From assembly GCF_964355755.1 (NCBI RefSeq), contig NC_092673.1, positions 30,191,648-30,255,647 on the forward strand: DNA of 64,000 nt, given 5' to 3'. A program made the position numbers and the translations under genes. Source of the stretch: Antedon mediterranea (lineage: Eukaryota; Animalia; Echinodermata). The notes below the pieces were generated by a model. That model ran no database searches. It saw nothing but the letters and a program-made list of their open reading frames with translations, and had not been told where the DNA came from. How positions within the stretch are numbered: position 1 is the stretch's first letter; every line of letters begins with the position of its first letter. Shown here piece after piece: positions 1 to 14,052 of this stretch.

Positions 1-269
1 GTATTCAAGGTTGAAATATTGAAAATAAAGTACGTATAGTAATTATTCAATGTATAAATGGACGGCCTGGATATTTTATTAAATAACTAAACTTTTGAAA
101 TATTGATTGTTGAATATAACTCGTAATTTTTATTGACTTGTGGTTGGTTTGGTTTTATGTTGGATAAAATAATGGGGACAATTGAATGATTATATTGATG
201 TTTCTAAAGATAGATGATAGTAATAATTATGGTAACAGACAACAAACAGAGTGAAGAAGAGAAGGAGAG

Positions 270-620
270 GATAATGACGAAAATGGTAATTTTGATTATG
301 ACAACGGTTATTTTGAGGATTAAAATGGTGATTTTGATGATGACAATGGTGATTTTGATGAAAATGGTGATTTTAAAGATTAAAATGGTGATTTTGATGA
401 TGACAATGGTGATTTTGATGAAAATGGTGATTTTAAAGATTAAAATGGTGATTGTGATGATGACAATGGTGATTGTGATGATGAAAACAGTGATTTTGAT
501 GATGAAAACAGTGATTTTGATGATGACAATGATGATTTTGATAATAATTGTTAATTTGATGATAACAATAGTGATTGTGATGATGAAAACAGTGATTTTG
601 ATTATGACAATGGTGATTTA
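270..620. repeat. low-complexity (GAT)n-derived repeat
   Basis: Repeats of aatggtgattttgatgatgac / gatgatgaaaacagtgatttt. Confidence 0.85.
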
Positions 621-2467
621 ATATGCATGGGCCAAATGGAGAGAAGGAAGGTAAATATTGATATCATTATCATATGATGTCAATCATCTTGAAAATAATT
701 TTAATGATATATATTTGACAATGACAACTTCTTTTATTTTCTTTGTACGATGAAAATTATAAAATAACAACAACAAATACAAACAAAGAAAATGGGAAAA
801 TTCTACAAGCAGATGTATATAAAAGACAGACCTCATTTTAAATAGAAAATAAATAAACGTAAATCAGCTCTTAAATTATATAGCTATGTCTTCGCTATTA
901 GGAAACGATAAGGATGGTATTAATTACATTGATGACAATGATGTTAACAATGATGATGAATAAAACTGTTATAACAATATTGATGAAATCTTCATTGTGC
1001 TCTTAAAAAATTAAACTGTAGGCGGAAGAAAAGAGAAGAGAGATTATAATAATGATATTTATGATACCTAATTTGCATAACAGATGCGCCAAGAAGTCGC
1101 AGACGTAAACTTTTCAGAATGTTTGTCGGAATGAAAGAATGGTTGAGATGGTGTTGTTGATAAAAAGATGAAATGCAACAAGTACGACTTAAATAGTTTA
1201 TTCAAATATTTAATATTAATTAGAATTTCGAAGATTACAAAAAAAAACCAATCAAGAATTAGTTGAATCATTTCATTTCCTGTGCTGTAATAAAAAAAAA
1301 TTATTCTCAGTACTGTAAAATTAGAAATAATAATTGTTTGGACGAAAATAATGTTTTTCATCTATATTTACTATTAATTAGAATTTTGAATAAAAATAAA
1401 TTAAGTATAGTTAATAATTCCATTTTCAACATAATGCATTGTAATAACAATCATATAATATAATATTTATTCTCAATACTGTAAAATTAGAAATAATACT
1501 TGTTTAGACAGAAAGATATTATGTTCTGTCTACCAACTTTAATATAATAATCATCAAAACCATTATATAAAATATTAACGATTACTGTATAACCGTTATC
1601 GCCATGGCATCGTTACTCAGGCATATTTACAATAAAAACAATGTCTGTAAAAATATCATTTGAGAACGAACGAATTCTTAATGGTCAAAGACCTCGTCCA
1701 ATTTCTAAATGGCTAATGATAATATTTAGCCAGGTAATCAACGAAGAGGAAAGAATTTTGAACGAATACCGCACACGTATCATTTACGTAATGGTATCAA
1801 TGGGTTGTTTTACTACGCATAGTTGATTCTAAAATGTTCCTAATACGCACGTTTAGAATTACCAAACACGACGACTAAACTTTCATTTTGATAATACACA
1901 TGAATTGAATTCTCAATCAAGCTTGGTTCCCTGTACTAGGACTCAACGCAACGACGTAAGCGCAAGACGAGTAAGTCGACCAATCACAAGCAAATTATTA
2001 TCTAAACTGTCGGTAGTGATTGGTCAACTCGCTTCCGTGTGTATAGTACCTTTAGTTGGAGTTATCCTGGTTTTAATCTACCTGGAATTATTCTGTGGAT
2101 CTTCTATTAGGAAAAGTAATTAAACTTTTGGACAAACTAAGAGTCAATTACCACCAGGGCCTGGTTGACCTTGAGTGGGGGTGCGGGAAGGGGATTGTTA
2201 AAGAATTATCATTGATGTAAAACTCCAACAGAGTGTATATGGATGAAAAGCTAAGAGTAGGCCTACACATTTCATGAACTGTCAATTTAGCAAACAGGGT
2301 CAATTAAGGGTCTAGTTGATATAATTGAGGTAGGAGGTAGGGCTGTTAGTTATCGACTGAGATTAATTTCGATGGAAAAAATGGGCTACTGATAGTTGTT
2401 TTAAGCAAACTAATTTCTCTATGGTAAAGCAAGAAATGAGAAGAAAGATGAACAGGATCAATTAATT

Positions 2468-2645
2468 AGGGAGAGGGGCCGGGAGAGAGAGAGAGAGGGG
2501 AAAGAGGGAGAGAGAGAGGGAGAAGAGGGAGAGAGAGGGGGAAGAGGGAGAGAGAGAGAGAGGTGGGGGGGGGGGGGGGGGGTTGTCTGTTGTGGGCTGT
2601 TGGGGTTGGAAGGAGGTTGTGGGAGAGGGGGGTTGGTGTTGGAGG
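2468..2645. repeat. (GA)n / poly-G purine tract
   Basis: gagagagg repeats and a G-run of about 18 nt near 2565-2582. Confidence 0.9.
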
Positions 2646-3324
2646 AACGTTAGAAGGGTGTTAGCAAGTGCGATTTTCATCTAATTACCATTAAAATTAA
2701 TTCCTCTATGAGGGATGGAGACTGATACTTCTATACCCCATATTAGTAACTGTATCTAAGAATAAGTAAGTAGCTAAGCAACGCACATAGGAATGTCAAT
2801 ACGTCGTGTCCGTTGAGATATTAATGTTTTATCGAAAGATTGAAAACACTTACTAAGAAAATGTGACAGCTGGAATGTTATTTCCAATCACTGAATGAAT
2901 AAGACACATTTGTTTATTATTTGATTAGGGGCTGAGATTGTTACAGTAATGAGAAAAGGTCAAAAAAAGTTAAAACGATCAACTTTTACGGTTACGTTTA
3001 TAGAACTGGAACGATGCTAAAAGATCTTATGTCGCTCCTGAAGATTGGTTCCCAATAGAAAGTAAATTGATAAAACTTGGTTACAACTGGACGCAGGACG
3101 GACACGCAATGCTATTGACCAATCACGACGATGGATCACCCGAAATGAATAACAGCAATTGGTTAACAACATATTATTGGAAATAGTAAAAAGGATATGG
3201 AACCTCCTCCAGGAAAACATTTCAGGAAAAACTGGAGTGCAATTTATTTTTAGTAAAGAGAGCATAATTTTCGGATACCAAGAGGCGCATCAGTTTTTTA
3301 ATTTAAAAGCCATTAATGCAATTA

Positions 3325-3670
3325 TTCTATTGTAAAATCATTTATTTATAAATGTAAACTAGTTAAATGTAAGCCAACTATCAAAATGGTTATGAACGAG
3401 TTAAAAAGGTTTTATGAAACAGAAAAATTTATTTATCATCAGAATTTTGAGGACAGTATTTTTAATAGAAAATGGATAAAATTAGAAGAATTTATAAATC
3501 AAATATGAAATGGTTAGAGATTAGAATAATTTTTATGAACCTTTATTTAATTTGTTAGATGGATATCTTTGTTGTTTTTGTTTGTTGCTTTTAATTTTAT
3601 TTTTCATTTGATTATGTTTTTCCTTTGTAATGTATTATATGATGAAATAAAAAAATAAAAAATAAAAATA
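3325..3670 (+). mobile_element. Tx1/L1-type LINE 3' remnant
   Basis: A plus frame reads VKSFIYKCKLVKCKPTIKMVMNELKRFYETEKFI..NRKWIKL, similar to the 43481 fragment. It ends in an (AAAAAT)n tail at about 3645-3670. Confidence 0.5.
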
Positions 3671-4692
3671 TTATTGGAAATAATAATAATAACAGCCAAA
3701 CATGGACCCAGATTAGAAATATTCTTAGCTATTGCCTTTTAATGTTATTGACAAATCATAATTATAATGTATATGTAATCAGTTCTGCTCGAATCGATTA
3801 GAACAAAGTACGTTGGTAGAATAGCGACATAATGTGTAGTAAATTTATCCCAGTCATTTTGTGTTCATATTACCAGACTCGCTTGACTGCTTTCTCATTT
3901 TTACATTAAATATTCTCATATCAATCATTGAAAAAACAGTAAACTTAAAATCGTTATGTATGGCTCACTGGTTTAATGTTGTTTTAACAATCAATAATAA
4001 GCACCGCATTCATCTTTCCAAAAAGTATTAACATAAAACCTGAGATAATTTGTCTGACAGATAAAACTAAATCTATAGATCCATACCACTTTTTTAGAAA
4101 TTCTCTATCTAATAATAAATAGGTTAACCCACACTCCATAATGGTATTAAATACACAGTACTGTGGAAATTCCACGCCTATTCGAGAATTGCTGATATGA
4201 ATAAATTGTAAAGGATGTAAAATAATTTATGTATAGGTCTAAAAAATAACAACAATAATAACTACACGAAGGTTTAAATATTTGTATGCAGTTTGAGTTT
4301 AAAATAATTAAAATACAAGGATTTGATTAATAATAGGTTAAACAAACATGAATTTATAATACTGTGATTCTACGCTGAATTAACCTCGAACAAACATACT
4401 ATATCTACATACGTTGTCTATCTAACCTAATAATTAATACAGAAAAAAACTAAATATTTTATATTATAGGGCCCTATTTTCATTCAATTTGGTGACATTA
4501 TAATGTTTGTAGAAAATAAGTGCCAATAAAAAACTGAAATACTGATTTTCACTTTTAATTTTCCGGAATATACAGGATAAAGGCCTAGTAAATGATATTT
4601 GATTGTTAGACAAGTACCGTAATACAAGAGTTATGTCCAATAGGCAGAACTGCACAGAACCAGAATTTCCCGATACAACTGCCATTTATTTA

Positions 4693-4871
4693 AGCGTGGT
4701 TCCCACTAGCGACGCAACGCAAGGACGTAACGCAACGCAAGTGAATTGACCAATCACAAGCGATGGCTTATTCGCTTGTGATTGCTAACTGTCTATAACT
4801 TCGCTTGTCATTGGTTAAAACGCTTGCGTTGCGTTTACGTCCTTGCGTTACGTTCTAGTGGGAACCAAGCT
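4693..4871. mobile_element. MITE (AGCTTGGTTCCCACTAG TIR family, PIF/Harbinger-like), 179 bp
   Basis: Long imperfect TIRs agcgtggttcccactag..ctagtgggaaccaagct, flanked by TTA on both sides. A near-identical copy lies at 44717-44895. Confidence 0.85.
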
Positions 4872-6449
4872 TTAGAGCCATGATACAGTATATTGGATTA
4901 GAGGTTTATCCACCAGTATTAAAACTATTTCAGTGCATTATAACCATCCCTGGAACACAGCGATGCGCAATCAATAATGAAAAGTAATAAAACACTAATA
5001 ATATTAAACTATATCTCTTGTGTATCATATATTGCTAGGCATTGAGTACTGAATAACGTATATAAATAATATCAATATTAATATGTAATATGATATTGTA
5101 CAGATATGCATTGAGCCTGGTTCAGTCGATACTGGTACCTTTCTTACACTACCATGCAATCCGACTTGAATAACTACTTAACATAAATTAAAATAACTAG
5201 ATGGTACGCTCGCTTCGCTCGCGTACCATCTAGTTCGTGCCCACAGATGGTTCTCGAATACATAGTAATTTCAGCGTAAAAAACTGGCGATTTCAAATGT
5301 ACGTACGGCAGGACTATAAAACATTGTCGTTTACAGAAACAAATAAATAGACACAATGATTTATGTAGTCAACCAAAATTAGCACCTAGAAACTTGTCAC
5401 AAAATGAGTCGAAATTTGTTATTTGAACTCATTTAAACAAACCCAATTTTGTTAAATTATTCTTTATATTTCTTTATTATCCAATCAGTAACGAAATATT
5501 TTTTTTATAGGCCTATAAATAATATACCAATAAATAGAGTAAAACATTTCCGATTTAATAATTTATTAAAACTGTCACTGTCTCATGGTCGATTGAAATA
5601 GTAAAGTACATTTAAAGACCACTAATACGTTTATATTTTTGTAATTATTAATTAATACAAACGTTGAGAAACAACTGACAGTAATAAAGTATATATTATT
5701 ATGTGTTTATAATCTCAAGTAGGGGCTACCCACACTCACAGTGATAACGTTTATTAGTATATTTGTTTATATTATATATAACAGTACCAACACACTTTTG
5801 ATTCAAATGGCGATCAAAAGTGGTTAATACCTATTTGCAGTATTGTATAGCATTACAATACTATTTCTGTTTATTCTCCAAGGGTCTATAAATTTACCTA
5901 CTTGTGTTAAACCATGGAGGTATGCAATAATTTGGAATTTTCCATTCATTGCAAATCAATACATTTCTATAAACGTATATTAAATCTATCAAAATAGTAT
6001 TTTTAAAAAAAAATCGGCCTGTCTTCAACATTATGATGCTGTACTCGAGCTGTTCAACCGGTTTTCAGTCATTAAAAACAGTTATCGTAGGAGGAGATAG
6101 GAAAATGCGAAGCATCCTCGTATTATTGTATGCGGGTATTTTTTACGATGGACATGTATTAGACAGTGTATACCACGATCGCAAAACATCCCTTATTTGG
6201 GGCAAATCGTTGAACCTAAATTCGTTTTAATTGTCAATAACTAATTATCTGACTCAATTTAATTAGTAAAAAGGGTTACATCAGGTGGTTAAAATCAGTA
6301 CCGAAATTACGAACCAACTTTATATACCATCGAGTAAACATTATAGAAGTAAGACGCGATTTACCGAATTTTGCCCTTACGTAAATTTATATATAGATTA
6401 ACTATCACACACATTCACTCAGATTTAACAGTGACAAAATATTGCGTTT

Positions 6450-6745
6450 GCTTGGTTCCCACTAGGACGCAACGCATTGACATAAGCGCAACGTGAGTTG
6501 ACAGTTTACAAACGATTTTCAATAATCCATTGCTTGTGATTTGTCAAACTAATAGCGTTGCGTTTACGTCATTGCGTTGCGCACTTAGTGGGAACCAAGC
6601 ATTTACCAATCCAAGCAATCCGTTCCTTGTGATTGGTCAATTCGCTTGCGTTGCGTCTTACGTCGTTGCGTTCTAGTGGGAACCAAGCTTGAACTCGATT
6701 GCCTCTACGTCATGGCGTTACGTTTCTAGTGGGAAGCACGCTTAA
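6450..6745. mobile_element. cluster of one full and two partial copies of the GGTTCCCACT MITE family
   Basis: gcttggttcccactagg..agtgggaaccaagc (6450-6600), then two further right ends (..ctagtgggaaccaagctt at about 6690; ctagtgggaagcacgctt at about 6743). Other remnants at about 1919-2050, 17789 and 20035-20135. Confidence 0.75.
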
Positions 6746-8380
6746 GCTCAGAAAGACGAGATACTGCCGAATTAACCCTCATGAATAGGCCCTACTATTT
6801 ACTTTCATTTATTTGACATAAAGTCGGGGTCTTCTAACATACAAATAATCTCTATGACTCACAGGCCAGAAGTCGCAGTACAAAATTACAAACGCACGCA
6901 ATAAAACAAATTTCGTACAAAATTATCAAAATTATACATCACATTTTACAATCAGAATTGTACAGATACGCGTCGACTTAAATCTATAGCATAACAAGCC
7001 ATTACAGAGGTCGTTTTTATATGTCAAAATAATCACAAAACAATTTTACTAAACGATTATAGTGATTTACAATAAAGATCAAACTATAGACGGTCATTTG
7101 TATATCACAGTCTTAAAGTTTGTTGGACGCACCGCTAGGACGTTTAAGCGCGCCACAAGTAATTTGACTAATTATGGCGCGTTGAATCATGTACGTGTGA
7201 TTTGTCAATTGTCTCACGTTGTGCGTCGCCATTGCGTTGGGAAACAAAACTAAAATGGCAAGTAGACATGTATTCCTACTACAGTTATACAAACATTCCA
7301 CAGTATTCAAAATATTTAACACAGCTAGAATCTTATCTAGATGACTTGCGATAGTCAGTTAGAACCTATTCAGTGACAGCTTCAGATTCTGGTAAAAAAT
7401 TAATCTAATGTAAATGCATGTTAATGTGAACCACAGCAATGAACAAATGAAGTTCTGTCTATGCACATGTTTACATAGTCATACTAACATACTGATTATA
7501 ACGATATTATATCTGACAATTGCATTGCTTATTGATACATATTTAAAAAAAGTTTATGTCTATATTATTTAATTAAACAAAACGTCGGAACCGAAAGTGC
7601 TTTGAACCGATTCCTTCTTTATTAGAATGGTAGTAAAAGCAAATTCAAAAGCGTTCAAGAAGTAATGATGCTGATAGTCGATATTAAAATTAAAGGTTAT
7701 TTGTTTTCTGATAGTACAATGACTTATAGGGAACGAATTAGGTTTCTCAAAATAAAATAATATAAAACAGTGATTGTTCTAAAGGGTTAGTCTATGTTAT
7801 AGATATTCATATTATATCTTTCATTATATACTTCTTTTCCTGTTCATCATGGATTTTTACATTTTCAAGAAAATATTGATTTACATAAAAACTGTTATAT
7901 ATACTCGATATTTATTAGTTCAAACGTCTTGTTTACAAGCAAACATATATGCACATCAACGTCAACAAACATAATGGTTTCATCATTGCGCATGCTCTGT
8001 TAGGAATACTGGATTGATTTATAAACCAATATGTTTGTTAATCATATTCCGTGTTTATAGTTTATTATCTGTCATCAACACCATTTATTGAAACAAGCTT
8101 CATACATATTTCATTAGACACAAGAAATTCTGACCTATAAGCAATTCTGTTGAAAAAAACAATCCTTTCAATTTAATTAAATAAGTTTATTATTAAATTC
8201 CAATCATCAACACAAATTTCATAAATAAATTAAATAAACCGACTTATCTGATGGTTGGAAAGGAAATAATTTTACCAATAAAAAACACACTTGCACCAAT
8301 TAAACAATAATGACTAATCGCGTTCAACGTGGACGAGCATGAATGTCTTGGTTACTACGAAATATATTCTACGTTTATAA

Positions 8381-8538
8381 AGCTCTGTCTACACATCAAA
8401 CTTTATGTGACCAACGATGATGATGTACCGATATAATGGACATGTTGATGTCATCACTACCATAGTTGGGCATACCACTACCATATTTGGGCACAAAACA
8501 CTTTTTTGTCAAACTAGTTTGAAAGTGTAGACATAGCT
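8381..8538. mobile_element. MITE (AGCTCTGTCTACACTATCAAAC TIR family), about 160 bp
   Basis: agctctgtctacac..gtgtagacatagct, with internal cactaccatatttgggca repeats. Relatives at 10782-10920, 27213-27325, 29633-29737, 32901-33045 and 47547-47706. Confidence 0.8.
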
Positions 8539-9284
8539 TTAGAGTTCTTTTACCAAATTTCAATTTGAAATTTGAAGATTATATCAACTAGAGTTTATTT
8601 TAAAAGTAATTTATTAAAGTCATTGAACGCTGTAATCATGTAAGTTTTTTTTTATTGAGTGCGGCGATGGACGATTGGCTGTTAATACGAATATTTGCTG
8701 ATTTTTATCATTAAATAAATTCATTTTGACATTTTGAAGTACTTCTATTGCTCCCGCAGGCTTCTAGATGTTAGATTTGTCTTCAATAAATGCAATCAGG
8801 TTTCGGTGTTAATGGATTTTAAAAGACCGAAGTGTTCTTGCAAACTTATGAATTGAGTTCACGATCGAAATATAAATATAGCGCTTAAACTGCAGATGTG
8901 CGATTGGGTTTCATCAAGGAATTCACAGCACACGTGCGTAAACTATCAACCAAAAATAAGTAATCTTTAAGGTTGTTCATCCGGAAATAACTCGGCAGTA
9001 AGCTCTATGTATTAATTCATATCACATTTTTAACAGTTCCTATCATTAAGTGTTTAACCTTAAGCACGATTGGAAAGGTTTTTAGTTTATGAATAGATGA
9101 TCCAGGGAGTTAATTAACAACTCCCTGGATAGGGGCGAATAATTATAGGCAAGGGGAAAAGGAAAAATCATGGATTAGTAATTGAGTCTGACAGAATAAA
9201 CAAAATAGATGATTTAAAGAATTAGTAGTACTGTATACCTAATGATAAGAAATACCGGAATGGTGTCCATTAGTTAAGGTCCTA

Positions 9285-9355
9285 TGTAAAGCACCTAGAG
9301 GGGTCAGTGATCCATTAGGCGCTATATAAATACTGTTTATTATTATTATTTTATT
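9285..9355 (+). mobile_element. L2-type LINE/SINE 3' tail remnant
   Basis: tgtaaagcacctagag..ggcgctatataaatactgtttattattattatt is the typical L2/SINE terminal motif. Confidence 0.5.
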
Positions 9356-10047
9356 TATAATTACCTTGAGTTTTGTTTTAATGAGTAAGAAAAATAGGAA
9401 ATTACAGTAATAATATTGAAAAACCAAGACACTTCTATTGTAGGCCTATTGTTTAATATTAAGGAAAGCATAAATAGAAAATTACATGTAATTCAAAATA
9501 TTTAAAAGAATGTTAAATCATGCATGAATAAAGATGGCTGCTCCCACTAGGGACAACAACAATATATAAGGGAAGGAATGAATATTGAGGAAAATTAAGT
9601 TAATTAGGAACAAAAAATGGGAAAGATAAACTTATTAATATATCGAATTGTTTTCAGTAGTGCAATCGATAAAAACACGAATACGATATTTCCGTTACGC
9701 ATGCGCACTAATGATAATACAGTTTAACGATTTGTCTTCGCATACATTTTATAAATTTTACCATTTGATGATAGGCCTACAATCGATAAAACCATATCAT
9801 TGGCGGTATTAATGCTTCATCGGTATAATGTGGAATTTTCCAGATTTGGTTGGTATTAACGCGTAGGCGAATTCAAAGGATGCGGGAAGCAATGCAGTAG
9901 GCCTATGACTTTAGGTTAAGTTGAGTACTCATTTCCAAATGTTTAGTCCTTGGGCCTCACTTATTTATCCTGAAATCCTGGATATATTCTTCACTGAAAA
10001 GTTTTTTTTTTCAATTACGTGGAATTTATACTGATGTTCAGTACTGT

Positions 10048-10390
10048 ATCTAGATTTCTCATATGTGTTTCAAGTGCATCTCTTAGTACCATATCCATGA
10101 TACAGGCTCCACAAATGATACAAATGCAGATGCTGTATTACCAAATAATACTGGGCAAATACTGTAGTATGTGGAGATACAGCACTGAGACTCGGGTATC
10201 TCTCTTTATAAACCAGCTATTGACACTCATATAAACTTAATAAATCTAGGTTTCTCATATGTGTTTTAAGTGCATCTCCTAGTACCATATCCATGATACA
10301 GGCTCCACATAGGATACAAATGCAGATGCTTTATTACCAAATAATACTGGGCAAATATTGTATCTATCTTTGTAACCAGCTATAGACAAT
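10048..10390. repeat. tandem duplication of about 197 bp
   Basis: tctag.tttctcatatgtgttt.aagtgcatctc.tagtaccatatccatgatacaggctccaca at about 10048 and 10245. Confidence 0.85.
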
Positions 10391-11850
10391 CTCAATAAAA
10401 ATGTTGATTTGTGATGTTTATCTTCATACAATAGACTAACCTCAACATAATACAGGTGTCACATGTGACACATAATGTGACACTGTATTAAGATGATAAA
10501 GCAATTGATGCACGATGAGCTGCCAGGTGCTGCCTGAACATCCTCCTGTCATTATATAGCTATTATATTGGCTTTAGGCAGCTGCATGCATGTTAACATA
10601 TATCACGTGCGAATTATTCATGATTTTGTCAATTTTACAGACCTACAATCTACAGATTAATATAAACCTCAATTACTAAATGTATTGATCAAAGATGTCA
10701 AATCACATCAAGCAGGGTTTGTTGGAATAGTCTGCTACCTTGAAACTCCAAATGCAGATTACATTTCACTCCCTAATTTAAAGCTCTGTATACACTATCA
10801 AATTGTATGTGAAAAAAAAATGTGATGTGTCCATATATGGACACGATGGTGTCATATCACTACCACATTTGGGCGTGTCACTACAATATTTAGGCATATC
10901 GCACTTTTTTTTTGTTATCAAGCTCGATCTTTTCTCTGATAGGCCTACACAAACTCTATAAAGACAACGATTACTACATTTTTAAAGTAAAAGTAAGAAG
11001 GAAAGACAAAATAATGATTTGTATTGATGAATTGAATTAACTTTCATAACAGTCAATAATGCGTGTGCTTACTGTAGGCTACATTCTATGGAACATCATC
11101 AGCATACTCCAGAAACGTATTCTTCGAAATTCACTCGAACAATACACGCGAGTACAACGTGTTATGGTAGCTCTATTGTACTAAACATAGATGAAAAACA
11201 CGAAGTCGGCAAAGGGTTACTGTGTCAATGAGGAAAACCTCGCGTGCGGAAAATCTTGCGTGCGGAAAATATAAAATAAAGGACATTATAAAAAAAGGTT
11301 AACAAGTATCAACTGTATATCCCCTAGAGCAAACACCCTTATGAATGTTAACACGAACTTTACAAGACATTTTGCCATTTTTAATCATCAGTTGAACTAA
11401 GCTCTAGAATCGTCCACTCCGTTTACGTACAACGTGTAAATTACGGATCAAATTTTGAATATTTCTGAACATTGCTGTTAATTGCACGACATGAATTATG
11501 GATTTCCAATAAGATAGTTATATCTTAATTTGTTTTGCTTTTGACTATCATATTTATCGTTACTTATAACGTACAAATCCTACAATAAAGTGAAAACTTC
11601 ATTTACAATAAAACGTTGGATAATTTCATTTTCGAGTCTGATACATTTTGTTAATGTTAGACGCTACCGGATGGATGTCAGGCCTACACGTACGTACGTT
11701 ATAAACGACAAGGCAATTGTATGTTGATCTTACACTTACAGTAAGTATCGTCGAGGGTGAAAATTGAAGAGTCAGTTAGGCCTAATGAAGATCTGATTAT
11801 TGGCAATTGTAAGATCTAAACTTTTACAAACGAAACATCTTAAACAATAT

Positions 11851-13020
11851 TTTTTTTTTATTTATTTATTCGGTATATAAAAATATATTACAAAACGACA
11901 GTCAAGGACTGAAATGAAATGTATTACAAATGACTAAAAATTAGTTAAAATTGCTATAAAAATAGAAACATCTTAATAAAATTAGATATCGTACCATACA
12001 ATTAAAAACATACATGAATAAAAAACCTTAAAACCTTCACTTATTACATATCTAAAAAAGAGCTAGTGGTGCCTATTAATTATATCCACCATGGTGGGAA
12101 CTGGAGACGACCTAAGTCTGCTGGTTTTACAATGAGGTACTTCTAGAAAGCGGTTGACTCTGAGAGACTGAGCTGGCTTATGAAGAGGGGGAAGTATTTC
12201 TCTAAACAGCTCGGATTTTAATAAGCCTTCCCCGAAAGACAACACAAGTTTGTTTCTTCTCTCTACAAGAGTAGGTAAACCAGTAACAGACAATGCATGA
12301 TCATAGCACAAATAGTTGTTACCTAGCATGATACGCAATGCTCTCTTTTGTACCTTTTCAATAGACTTGGACATGTCCTTAGTGATAGCGCCATGCCAAA
12401 CAGGGGCAGCATATTCTAAAATAGGTCTTATATACGCCATATAAACAGTCAACAGATCATTAATTAAGATTCCTGCTTTCTTCAAAATGCACAAGGAAAA
12501 TAAACGTCTAGAAGCTCTAGACACAATATTATTAGTGTTAAGTTCCCATTTCAGGTCATTTTGAATGATTACACCAAGAAGCGTCATGTGATCAACTACT
12601 TGTAAAATGGAACCACTCAGACTAAAAGAAGGCGATATAATATCATCCGACTTGTCCTTAAGAAAATTGACAACCAAGATATGGCATTTGGAGGGTTTGG
12701 GTATCATATTATTGGATGAACACCAAACACTCAGATCATCTAACAGGAATTGCATGGAAGGCAAATCACCTTTGCGAACGACCTCCCCAAGGGTGAGGTC
12801 ATCCACATATTTCCATCGTCTGCAGCAATCAACACAAGCATCGTTAATAAGTACTAGGAAAAGTACAGGGCCAAGCAATGTCCCCTGTGGGACACCACAA
12901 GTCAGTGACTTTGAAGATGACAAAATCCCAGCAAACTTGGTGTTGAGAGAACGGGAAGTGAGAAAGCTGCAGACGATGGGAATTATGGACGACCTCACAC
13001 CCAGTTCAATCAACTTTATA
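11851..13020 (-). mobile_element. 5'-truncated non-LTR retrotransposon (CR1/L2-group LINE) with intact RT C-terminal ORF 12063..13013 and 3' UTR
   Basis: RT motifs GVPQGTLLGPVLF, KYVDD, LGV, YIRPILEYAAPVW, IEKVQKRALR. An A-rich (AATA)n/poly-A tail lies at about 11851-11870 on the minus strand. Confidence 0.9.
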
Positions 13021-14052
13021 ATCTAGCTGACTGACTTTTAGTCAACTCAAGCACAATTTGCCGAACTATGTTTTGGTAACAATGGGAACAAAAACAAAAA
13101 GTAACAAAAAAAACAAAAACAACCAAATAATTCAAAGAGTGACATTTAATTATGTTTATTTATGGTGGGAATTCCGGAATCCGTAATTGTAAGCTTTTGA
13201 TTGAAACTATCGACGACCTACTAACTGTAGGACTCAAAATCAAAATTCATTGTACGCATGCGGTGAAGTTAAGATTTGATTCCTCGACACAGTTTTGGCG
13301 GGTTTTAGGCCCAGGCGACAACCGACTACACACTGCGTAGGTCAAAGTTGATCGTCTGTCGTCTAAAGCTCTCTAACATCGTGTACTGAAGGCCGAACAA
13401 GATAAACTCAATAGCAAAGCGTATACTAATTCTGAATTTAAATATTTTATTTCTTTTCTAGTTCATTTGACATGTAAAATATTCAGGAAGACGTGTTTTT
13501 AATGTAATTGTAATTCAGAGTGAATGAATAAAGAGGAATGAATAATTGTAATATACACAGGACGTGACTGACGCTTCGTTTTGTTCGTTTTAAGAACACA
13601 ATCATTTCAAGGTATCTTTATCATCTATGTATAGTTTTATTAACGTGTGAATCCTGATGTATTCTGCTGAATGTTGGACCATATTCAACAAAATGAACAA
13701 ACTCTTGTAAGATATACAGAAATCTTTATAACATTTTCTATGAACAATTTCTTGGTTTTATTTAACCTCTTTTTGGATGTGATTTGTTTCTGTGCTAAAT
13801 CTTTCACCAGAACAACATTTAATGGGAAAAGTACGTCTACCAAAAACGCAGGTTCAACAATATAAAGCAATTTATCGAAGAACGTTGTTGTGTGTAATAT
13901 TGTATTCAACCTCTATTTAAATGTGATTTGTTTCTGTGCTACGTCATATGAAATGTAATGTCTACCAAAAAGTAGGTCTATCAAAAACGCAGGTCCAACA
14001 ATATACAGCAATTTGTTGAAGAAAGCTGTTTTTAAAAACGACAAAGGTTGTA

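Noticed and set aside
214-621. 135-aa Met/Ile/Val-rich ORF, or an Asp-rich protein in another frame
   Set aside because: It is a by-product of the (GAT)n repeat. The Asp-rich frame has TAA stops, and no splice support was found.
12607-13026. 139-aa plus-strand ORF
   Set aside because: Antisense shadow of the LINE RT ORF with no recognisable motifs.
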